NCBI RefSeq assembly: GCF_001194135.2
Contig: NC_068984.1
Location: forward strand, 28,668,748-28,732,747
DNA length: 64,000 nt
Direction: 5' to 3'
From: Octopus bimaculoides
Lineage: Eukaryota
Position numbers and translations under genes: made by a program. The notes below the pieces were generated by a model that worked only from the letters and a program-made list of their open reading frames with translations, searched no databases and had not been told where the DNA came from. Positions 52,910-64,000 of this stretch are shown one piece after another. Positions within the stretch are counted from its first letter, which is position 1. Every line of letters starts with the position of its first letter.

Positions 52910-53009
52910 CTTTATTTAAAAGCAGCAGAAATATAACAAAAAAACTGTTACTCTGAGTAACAGTTTTTTTTGTTATATTTTGTTATATTTCTGCTGCTTT
53001 TAAATAAAG
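52910..53009. repeat. Near-perfect palindrome, 44-bp arm with 1-nt spacer
   Basis: The left arm ctttatttaaaagcagcagaaatataacaaaaaaactgttactc (52910-52953) and spacer t are followed by its reverse complement (52955-53009). The right arm has one extra T and a 10-bp tandem duplication (tgttatattt). Confidence 0.95.
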
Positions 53010-53082
53010 CATATTACTCTACCTCTGGTATTTGAGTACTCTTTTTTCCACCTTGTTGCACATTTCATGTGCTTAGTCCGGT

Positions 53083-53131
<49 letters not shown>

Positions 53132-56100
53132 CAATGAAAAGAAGACAAAGAAAATTCTTTAACATCTTTAATTATAAGTTACAAATGTTTCCATTCCATC
53201 TTCATCTGCAATGCCTTTTTACATGATGGTTACATTTATGCCACATATTTTATCTTTTAAATGATATAAGGCCTTAAATATATGCTTGTCCATCTTTTGT
53301 CTCTATCTTTCTACACTCATATGTACATGTGTGTGTGTGTGTGTGTACTAGTTTATTTGTGAATATGATTACAAGTGGTGTCTTTTGCATATACCAATAA
53401 TATTCAATATAGATCTACAAGCATCTCATTCCAGTACATTCATAATTACTCACAACCTTCTACTTCCAGCCATCCATACACATGCAACCTCCCAACACAC
53501 ACTGACACCAACACAATTACACAATCAAACTTACACTCACTCTAATATCCAAACAGCAATAAACACAGAGTCATCTTAGTTTATTAATTAACAATAAACA
53601 TTCTCATCATCATGACACTCAAACAGTTCCAATTGTTATTTTCTTTTGTTTATATCTATCATTAACCATGTTTTCCCATATGCTTAACTTTTTTTTTTAT
53701 TACATACCCATTTGATACCAAAGGTAAGATACTAATATTTAAATGGAAATATCATTGTAAATTTCTGTATGACATTTGTGATAAAACATAATTTATTAGA
53801 TAAACACTTGTTGTAGGTCAACCAACATTTTATGACATGAAATTTGTGTTTGCCAAATGTTGGGTGCTATTTTCCCTCATCATTGTTGCTATCTGTTTGA
53901 TAATCTTTCATTCTTGAAACAAGTGGATACCATCCTCACATTCTATAGTAGTGACTTTTAATTTGAAGGATTTTTGAAAGAAACAGTAGCAGCCAATGAC
54001 AAATGCAACAAACATAACCATGTTTGGATATGGTATTGGACATCAATTTCAGATGATGATGATGATGATAGTGATTTTGACAGTGGTATTGAAAATGAGT
54101 TCTATATTTCAAAGGAGTGAAAATTTTAAAAAAATATTTCTCTTTGAAATTTTCCAGAAAAAGGAACCCAATTACTGCTTTCCCTATGATTGGAAACCCA
54201 TCAATTATTTCCATTTACTTTTTCCAGTTGAAATATCCTAGATGATGACTTTAGAAACAGATCATTATGCAGAACATAAATAAAAGAAAAAAAATGAAGT
54301 TAGTCTGACTTTATACATTCTTGGACAAAATACTAACATGACTTGTTTTCAATATGGAGGGCATTAAACTGTCCACAATTACAAGCTACTGGAACACTGA
54401 TGAATTCTTCGGTGACCCCTATGTTCCCAATATCAATACTAGACTGGAATTTCTAAAGTTGTGTTAGAATTTTTATGTATAAGACACTAGCAGTACACCA
54501 GAACAAGGAGAACATTATAACTTTTTATCTAAATAACATATCTCTAGGACACTTTTCCAAGAGTTACTCCTAACAACGGAAATAAGATTCCACTGGTGAA
54601 GGGAAAGGAATACTGGTGTAAAAGGGTCAAACATACAAAATTAAGTAACCAAAAGTAAGGAAAATATGTGACATGAACACTGGCTTCTGCTGTGGTTTGA
54701 ATGTTTATTGGGGGGGGGGGGCAGATCAAATGGTTTAGAAATTATCCCTTCCACATCATAACTAAGGATGAATATTACTTTTTGATTGGTATTTCAGTTT
54801 GATTAAACTGGAAATTTGGCAATGTATAAGTGATTGTAAATAGAAAAAAGTTGGATATTAAAAAAGGAAACATTGAAAAGAAGTCATGTTTAATCAATGA
54901 CAGAAAGGAAATTTGTTGGCGACCACGCACAGAGACAAGAAGCAAATTTATTTTCTAACTGCATGTGTTCTACCACATATGGTTGAATATGGCATGCTGT
55001 TTCTAAATATTGACTTTAAAAATTACATGGGTAGTATAGATTGGATGAATCAGTTGATGAGCTAATATACAGTTGGTAGACTGGGTGATAAGAGAAGTTG
55101 GAGCAATAAGAGTTTTGATATTGATCTGAATGTTTTTTTCACAAAACTGATTGACTACCAAAAGTTATGAACAGATCATGTAAAGCAAATTGAGGGCAAG
55201 CTATTTATACAAATAAATAAATAAAATAACTCAATGAATAAATAAAAAGACCACAAGTAAAAAATAACTGTAAGAAGAAAAAGATAACTCTCTGAATTCA
55301 GTCAATCTCTGCCAAACTCTGTAAACCAATGGTTGTAAGAGTTTGTGCTGAGAATGCCAACATGAAGAAAGAAAAGCTCTCAGTGGACAGTCAATTTAAA
55401 TGACTTTTCAGTATGCATTCTGCAAAGTAGGAAGCTTATGATCTCACTAAGAAAAAAAATGTTACATAATTTGTTCATAATTTAATTACATAAAAATAAT
55501 TTTCAAATTTAGCACATTTTCAATTTTTAATTTACCTGTAAGGTGAATAACAAGTTCTACTTAAATATATTAGTGAATCTCTTGTATTTGTAAATCATTT
55601 TTGTGTGTGTTTATATTTGTATGGTATTTATTTCATTTTGTAATTTTCTTGAAGCAGTTTGATAAATTTCAATATTTCATGTCATTTTCATCGTTATATG
55701 CAGTCAAGTTCAACTGGAAATCTAATAACATACATTCTTCTATACTACAATTCTATTAAATATCTCATCTAAATATACTGGCTAGTACTTCATTTTACAT
55801 GATGATACTGAAATAATTTTGCATGTTATTGAATTTAATTACCATAATTTTAAGATAAACATGCTGCCACAGAATCATTTAGTAAACTGTGTTAAAAACA
55901 CCACATTCATTCACCAATTAGCAAAAACATGATAATATTGTTTTACAAAACCAATTTAAGCTCTTTATTGTTTTAGAATATAATTGAAACACATATGAAG
56001 TATACATCATCTAAATTTATAGAAGTGAAATCGGTTAGAGCCTGACGACTCAGTATCTTTTCTTCCTTCATTTCAATTGTCACTTCAATCATATATATTT

Positions 56101-56824
56101 ACCTCTCTACTTGACTACAATCTTTTGTTTAGTGAAATATCTATGAACCTTCTACTGCTCCATCCACACATCTAACTCCATAATTAACAACCTCCCTCAA
56201 GGATCTCTACAATCACTCATTAATTACTCATTTCCCCTGTCATGATCATCACTTACTATATTTTCCAAATGAAAATTGTATATTATTTACTCTCAAACAC
56301 ACAAACTGAGCCAAGATCTCCTGTGATTCTCCATGAGTGGAAAACCCAAGAGATGAAATTGTATATATTTGAAATTCAAAAGACCTAGATCCCAATTTTG
56401 TCCCTCAATTCTTCAGTCAGTGAGGTATCAAGGGGCTTTAGGCTTTATATCATACACACACATATTTGTATACATATACATACACACACACCTTCTCAAA
56501 AGTATATATATATGTGTACATAGAAATGTGTATGTTTGAGTAACCATATACACACATATGCATATTTGTACTAGCACATATTTGCACTAGTACACACATT
56601 AATGACAAACAGTTTGTTTAATCATTGATGGTATAGAAGTGAAGGAGGAGTATTATATGTATATATACACACACACTTATATATACATGTCTTCACCGCC
56701 CCCAAATATATACATAGTCAAGCAGTTTTTGTTTTTAATCTGTTTGTAGCCTGTGTATCTTAATAGATTTATAGACCATGTTTAGAACAATAGAAGAGAA
56801 TGTACCCATACAAATGTTGGACCT

Positions 56825-57056
56825 GTGACCGTATTTCGAGCATGGCCCTCGCCAGTACCGTGTGACTGGCCCTCGTGCCGGTGGTACGTAAAAGCACCCA
56901 CTACACTCTCTGACTGGTTGGCATTAGGAAGGGCATCTAGCTGTAGAAACTCTACCAAATCAGATTGGAGCCTGGTGTCGCCTCCTGGTCCACCAGGCCT
57001 CAGTCAAATCGTCCAACCCATGCTAGCATGGAAAGCAGACGTTAAACGATGATGAT
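56825..57056 (+). mobile_element. Relatively young RTE-tail retroposon copy
   Basis: Reads gccagtaccgtgtgactggccctcgtgccggtggtacgtaaaagcacc...cccatgctagcatggaaagcagacgttaaacgatgatgat. It is the inverted partner of 20333-20614. Confidence 0.85.
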
Positions 57057-59042
57057 ACATGAACCAAATGCTCAGTGTTACAGAATGGGTGATTATGTCC
57101 CAAGAAGCTAACAATGGAACTGAAAAGAATTTAGGTGTTTAGGTAGGGTGCGTAATATTCATAGGTGAAGAAACAAGGAAAAGAAATGGTTATAAAATTA
57201 AATAGAACACAAAAAGATTATTTTATTAAATATCATACACAGGTAGACATATACCCCCACCACACACTCAAATATTAACAACCACTCCTCTATAATATTT
57301 TGGCATATAATATACATACAGATGATTATTTATGATGATGGCAAAATCTTTCTGGCTCTTGGACACCTTAACTTAGAAACTTATGTTCATCTCTTCCTTT
57401 TATTGAACAAATATTTAGAAAATAGCAATCTAACAGAAAATCAATTACAAAAAATATCATTTATCGGTATTAATCAGGTGCCTTCATAAATACATGTCTG
57501 CACATGCTCAATCACGAATATGTCTGCACACACATACAACTAATATGGCAATGTAATATTCAAGAAACATAAATTGGAACTCATGCCTGCAGGTATTTAA
57601 TCTGAATCTCTGTATTATATATGAAAATATGATTATCCACTATTACTTCATTGAAAGCTGACATAATGTATGATGTATTATTATTCATGGCTGAAAACAT
57701 GCAGACTTTGAATATTTAAAATAATCATAATTCTTAAAATATATGGGAACAAATGGACAGTTTTTGTGTCTTTTTGTGAGATGAAGCATGTTTATCTGTG
57801 AAAGATGTTATGCCACTGTGCAGTTAGCCAATTAATTAACAGCATCTCTGGCTGATTCATCATCCAAATGAATGAAAATACAATTTGATGATAAATCAAT
57901 TTCTTGTTGCTGCAGATTAAGCAAGACATGACTGAATGCTCAGATTTTAATATTTGAAAACATTCTGACGAAAATAAGTGCAGATAAAACTACATTAAAA
58001 AAAAAATGCTAATTCCAGCAAATTCAAATTAAAAATTACAGTTATTGATAATAATGTGTGAAAAAAATTGTTTCAAGTTTTAAGAAGATAAAAAAAAAAC
58101 ATATTTTAAACTGAACAATTTTTTCTTAACATAAATACTTTTTACAAAAGTTATAGCAAATTTTTTAGCTTGTTGTGTTTGCTCAAGCTTTATTCTTGTA
58201 CAAATGAGTGTCTTTAGCAGAAAATCAATGCCAAATTAATTTTATTTTGAGACATTCAGAATTTATGATATGCAAAAGTGTTTTACATACTTGTATAATT
58301 ATATTTTAAATTCAATTATTTTGTATATTTTTTAAGCTCCAAAAATTATTATACTGTTTGTTTTATTGATAATGTCTGAAATGCAATTTTATAAATATAT
58401 ACCAAAGATTAGCAAGTGATCTGAAATATACATATGGTTTGAAATCACATGGTTTGAAATAACATACGTTCTTGCAAATGTTATTACATGAGGATAAAGT
58501 AATTTTTTCCCCTTCAGCATCTTTATTCACTTTTGTAAATGATACATATGAAATATATTTGTTAGATATAATGAAATATAAGAGTCCAAATATTAATAAC
58601 AAAGATTATTGTTTGATATTTTATATCTATACACTGCTAGATGTATAGTAAAAATATGGAAGATTGTATGAGAAATAAATTAAGATTTTATTGTTGCAGT
58701 ATGGAATACATTTGACAAATTTCATGTGCATAAATGTTAATATAGAATACTTGAAAATTACATGCGTGCATATATGCTGGCTTGACTATGATTGAGATAA
58801 AAAATATATTAATATCAACAATTGCATTTTGATGTATTTTAATAAGAAACAACTAGTAGAGATGATTTTTCAAAAATTATCTTCAATTTATAGATGCGAT
58901 GCATATGCACAAAAGCATGTGCATATATATACTAATGCATGTATGTGCACATGTATATATGCCTTCTAATGCATGTGTGTGAATGTGTGCTAAATCTAAA
59001 TATACTTAAAAATATAGATTAATGATGAGTAAGAAAAATTAA

Positions 59043-59262
59043 CCCCTTACCATTCAGACTATCAGTCAAACAGAATGTTTATCTATTCACATTGTTTGGA
59101 ATCAATTATGCATTGTCTGATAGTTTTGATATTTTGATCATGTGATTGTTTATCTTTTAGAATGATATTGTAGGAGAGGTGTGAGAAGCTAGAGCTGGCC
59201 AGTTTGAACATAAAATAGATAGAATATTTGGGCCAGATATGGCTGGTATAAATGCACAAGGG
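59043..59262. mobile_element. piggyBac-type MITE (220 bp)
   Basis: TTAA on both sides (59039-59042 and 59263-59266), CCC...GGG termini and imperfect TIRs (CCCCTTACCATT versus CCCTTGTGCATT). No coding capacity. Confidence 0.7.
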
Positions 59263-59914
59263 TTAATATTAGGACTGGATAACATAGAATTCTTGACTTT
59301 TTACTGATCAACATACAAAATGATTTAAAAAATTTAAAGTGTGCTTTGAAATCTTGTTGTAATATAAATCTAGAAATAGTAGTATTCAATGATGGGAAAA
59401 TATTTCCAAATTCATATATCATTTGTAAAATTGCCAAAAAGACTTTCCGTATTGAAAAGCACTAAAAGACATAGAAGGAAAAAGTGTTAGAGAGTGTTTT
59501 CTTCGATGTCATTTTCTCATATAAATATTGTTTATCCTCAGCTCTGTCTAGATCAGGCAAACCTAGTCTTTTTCTTGGGAATAGTGTGTTCAAGACCACG
59601 TTATCCTATATGTTTATTTCTAAGATAATACAATGTGACTTGAGTGAAATCTGGCAACTATTTTTACTATATTGAATGACTACATAAATAACCATCATTA
59701 GTTTAATCTAATCTATAAAGATGCCCGTCTGATAGGGTGAGAAAAGGTTTTAAAGCTTACAAAGAGATTAGTTTGTAATGACAACATTATGTTAGGTTTA
59801 AAAAATTTGCTTTTACCATTTTGAAAAAGGACTTAACTTTCAAAAAAATTAAATAAGATATTGTAATACACACACAAGCACACATGCATGTATGTATATG
59901 TGTGTGTATTCATA

Positions 59915-60790
59915 CATCACCATGGTCAACTTTTCACATATGCTGGCATGGATTAGATAGTTTGAAAGGATCTGATGTGTCAGAAGACAGCATTGTGCTC
60001 TAGCATCTGCTTTGACATACTTTCTATAGCTAGATGCATTTCCTGATGCCAGCCACTTCACAGAGTAAACTTGACATATTTTTCAGGGTACCATCATTAG
60101 TGAGGTCACAGTGTATTTGACAAGACCAAACATTACATCAAATTAGTGAGAATACTGTAGAAAGAATGGTGGCTTTATGCTTGGTAATAAGTGGTTAATA
60201 AAAGAGTGGGCTGGAAAAGCTTTCTTGCTGTACAAGTGATACATGGATACTTGCATTATACAAGAATAGATGGGAGTAACTGGGCTGAAACTGGAAAGCA
60301 AGATGAAAATGGTGGTGATAAGGTGTCAGAGTAAAGCCTCAGGCTACAAGGTGAACAGAAAAGAGTAGGGATAGAAGGATGTGAACAAATGTAGGCAGAG
60401 GTTGCAAGATTATATGTGAAGAGTGAGGAATGGTCAGAGATGGCTTAAGGGTGGGGGTGGAGGTGAATATAATAATGAAGGATGAAGAAAGGTCAAGGGG
60501 TGTTCAATAATAATTATGAGATGGAGGGGAGGGGAATATAGAAGTGGTGAAGTGCAGCACAGAAAGAGGTGAAAAGCAGCAGAATGAAATTGTAGACAGA
60601 GAAAGATGAGAGAAAGGGGAATAATGCATGATAGGGTGTGTTGCAAGAGTGTATAAGAGAGAGACAGCCATAGTGTGTGGGGAGAATGAGATGCATGGTA
60701 ACAGGGGTAAATCAGCAGGAAGTGGAAGAGTTAATTCATTGTACAGATGGGTGACCACTGTAAAATGGGGGTGGAGATGAAAAATGTTGA
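59915..60790 (-). mobile_element. RTE-type tail plus long purine-rich (minus-strand pyrimidine-rich) body
   Basis: The plus strand shows the reverse-complement tail (tgctggcatggattag...ttcctgatgccagccacttcac), then about 600 bp of GA-rich sequence. Confidence 0.6.
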
Positions 60791-61968
60791 AAATGAAGTA
60801 TGGATGTCAAGTGAAGTGTTTCCAAGTAGAAAGATAGCTGCTATCACAAAAAAATATGATGATAAAATCTTTTAATTCTGTTCTCATTTAATTACTGTAG
60901 CAGAATACTGCAGGTAGGCAAGTGGTGGAGGGATCATCGATAGATGGATGAGAGAGTGGTGGGGAAGGTGTGATGAGCAAATTTGGTGGAGGGCCCACTT
61001 ATGTTTGTACACATCTGGCTTCAAAAACTTCAGTTTTACCATGATGGGTGAGATTTTTCAAACACTGCTTACCACCAGGTGTTTTATTCCTTTGTCATCT
61101 CCTCCCTAAGGTTCAAATTCTTGAGATCATGTGTGTGTATGCAAACATACACATACACTCATGAAAACACTCTTGTGTTGATGGCATGATAAAATGCACC
61201 CAGTTGACACTAAGACACACATAACAACAAAGTTGGCTAATTTTGTTGATAGCTGCATCACAATGAGTTACAAAATCGGTCTAGCTCCTGTCAACAAGGA
61301 AAAATGCTCATAAAAAAGATAACAGTGTGGGTGTGGAGGGTGCATCTTTTGCAAATTTATATCAACACAGGATATAAAATGTGGCAAGAAAATTGTAATA
61401 AACAACTCAGTGTTTAATGAATGTAGTCCCATGCACTGGGTTAGACACTACCTTACCATATTCACCATCAGAAATATAGTGAACTATTGGAAAACTCTTA
61501 CTGAAGTTGGTCAATTTTCATAAATTTTAATATAAAATGAAAAAAACTAATCATTATTACTTAGTTTTGTGGGCTTAAAAAAGTGATATATACATTGCTC
61601 TGAAAGACTTCTGTGTTCCATCTTATGCCAACGCAAAAAAACAAAAACACAGAAGAATCAGCTTCTATACTCTGATCTGATCATAGGTTCAAATTGATAT
61701 CATTAACTAATGGAGTATGATCATCTTGTGAATTACTGAATTTTTCAAGAACGGAAGAGTAATTAATTAAAATTTTCAATCAATAGAATAATATTTAGTC
61801 TGTGTGCAACCAATTGAATTGATGAAAAAGAAAAGAAAAACACTAAAAGAAAGTTTTTTTTCCTAAAATTCAACTTGCAAGTCTGTCAAGCCACCTGAAT
61901 TTTAATGAACTGTTTATCAAGAAATTCCTAATATCTTCATTGGAAAATGAAGCACAATTATATTTGTG

Positions 61969-62014
<46 letters not shown>

Positions 62015-62844
62015 TGTGTGTGTGTATATATATACATACCTATATTTATATATGTATACACACATGTATATGTATGTATGTGTGTTTATGTATATAGAAA
62101 CATACACACATATGTATACATAGATATTTACTTATAGAAAGTTTCTCACACACACAATCATATGTTTACACATGATGATGCTGATTAAGAAGGAGAGAAA
62201 AAAATGAAAAAAATGAAATAATGTCTTCTTATTCAGAATTGAACTTCAGGGAAGAATAATCTTGTTAACTTCATCATCATATAATATTTATGTGGAAAAA
62301 TTCCAGCAACATTGCTAAATAGAATTATTTTAGGATTAGTTTAATCTATTCACTGACGGGTATTTACTTTCATGAATGACCTTCGTTTCCTGGTATTTTA
62401 TTTGAGTTCAACTGATTTGTGCTTTCTTTTACTGCATTATTAATTCCCAATAAACTCTGACCTATTGAGGCTTTCCATTTTCTTACTGGAATTATTAGAA
62501 TTGTAACAAAAAAAATATGAATCTACTTAATATACAAAAAATCTGAGTTAACTTTTCTTTCTATTTCATTTTAAGTATACTTTCAAATGACACTTCCCAG
62601 AATTGCTTGTTTTTTTTTGTTTAAAAAACCAAAAAAAAACCTCATGTCTAATTTATAGTACTTCCAAAAGTCTTCGTAGGATAAGATATGATTTCATTGA
62701 ATATTTTGTTGTTTACTTTATTACTGAAGAATTCATACATGAAGCTACAAATCCTACAATATTGCATGTGAGAAGATATTATGATGGCAGTGTTGAATAA
62801 CTATAGTTCATTTTACTTGTTTTGTGAATTCTTTTTTGTTTTCA

Positions 62845-63245
62845 TAACCACCAGCCATTTTAATACCCACTTTTCTATGCTTGCATAAGTTACACAGAGT
62901 TCGCTGAAGCAGATTTCCTACAGTCATATATCTTTTCTTTTACCAACTTGCAACTATTTCCAAGCAAGGTAATATTTTCCCATGGTCAGACATATTTTCA
63001 TGGAAGATTAGAAATAAATGACACTCATTTACAACTAACATGTAATGTCACAAGATAACAGAAATACACACACCCACGTACATACTTATTTATTTTTATA
63101 CACACACCAGGCTTATTTCAGTTTCCAGCTACTAAATCCACTCATGAGTCTTTGGTCAACCCAGAATTATAGTAGAAAATATTTGACCTAAGTACCATGC
63201 AGTGTGGCTGGTAAGCAAGATTCTTGATCACACAGTTATGTCTGT
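62845..63245 (-). mobile_element. SINE with CORE-like head and RTE-type tail (most complete copy of this family)
   Basis: The plus strand reads ttaatacccacttttctatgcttgcat...tgacactcatttacaact...ggcttatttcagtttcc...aaatccactcatgagtctttggtcaacc...ttcttgatcacacag. Confidence 0.65.
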
Positions 63246-64000
63246 GTCGTAGCTTTATGTAAATCTACATTTATTTAATTTATCTATTTTAGTAGAGAAA
63301 AGATTGATTACTGGTTCCAGTATTTGAACTGGAAAATCATAACCTGATGAGTTGATACTGTTTTCATAGTTTTATCTCTACAATTGTCTAATCACCTTTA
63401 TTGCCAAACCACGAGATTTATTTTCATATTGTGGTTTGCATTAAAAATGTAGCTAATTTCATTACATCTGTTTCTGACATATGTTGAGGTATTTTGCTCA
63501 CTACAATGGACATTTTATAAAATTGATATTTTAAATTTCATAATTTATGTTATTTTCTTTAAATTTAATAGGGTTAATATTGAGATAACTTGTAAGACTG
63601 AGCACTTTTCTTGACAATGTGAACATAATTCTCTACATTTCTAAATTTATAAAATTCACTTCACTGCTTTAATAGAGTTTGCTCAAAAAAAAAAAAAAAA
63701 AAATCAATGTTACTTTCTCCCTTTTTCAAAACACACTTCAATGAATTTCTTTCTTTCAAATGTTTTAATAACTGACTCTGTAAATTTTGCTTATTGAAAA
63801 TTTAATATGGATGGCTTTCTATAACTCTAGATTGTTTAATAATTTAGTACCTTTGTAAATTAATAAGATCACTTATATATAAATTTAGTAAATGCAGAAA
63901 ATTAAGATCAAGCAAAATTATGTTTAAAAATTGGGTGGCATAATGTTTGTACTGCAGTTTTGAGTTAAGCCAACTTTTAAAACAAACCTTCTAATTAAGA

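Noticed and set aside
55530-55560. AG|GT recursive-splice-like motifs on the gene strand (55536/55535, and another near 49077)
   Set aside because: The pyrimidine tracts are weak, and a few such motifs are expected by chance in 64 kb of AT-rich DNA. A saw-tooth pattern in nascent RNA-seq would be needed.

Overview
This is AT-rich, microsatellite-dense eukaryotic (animal) genomic DNA with three N-gaps (3359-3845, 12376-12673, 52129-52845). The repeat families match those I recall from Octopus, so an octopod cephalopod source is inferred, not database-checked. Only one convincing host coding segment was found: a 205-nt minus-strand internal exon (15265-15469, canonical AG/GT, phase 0 in, phase 1 out) encoding the C-terminal half of an Ig V/I-set domain of lachesin/DIP/IgLON-like type. 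The rest of the window looks like its very long introns. These carry decayed mobile elements: an internally deleted DD37D (maT) Tc1/mariner element, a non-autonomous Helitron with intact ends, three pieces of a Helentron/HINE-like element, two R4/Dong LINE remnants at (TAA)n repeats, RTE and CR1-group LINE remnants, several tRNA-derived SINE families and a piggyBac-type MITE. I found no prokaryote-type system, CRISPR array, rRNA or genuine tRNA gene, and nothing I can claim as a new biological system. The best leads are an in-frame internal splice donor in the Ig exon, a 44-bp-arm palindrome, a chimera between two rolling-circle element types, and a shared RTE 3' tail used by several repeat bodies. 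Repeat boundaries and family names were read by eye and from memory, so they are approximate unless termini are quoted.
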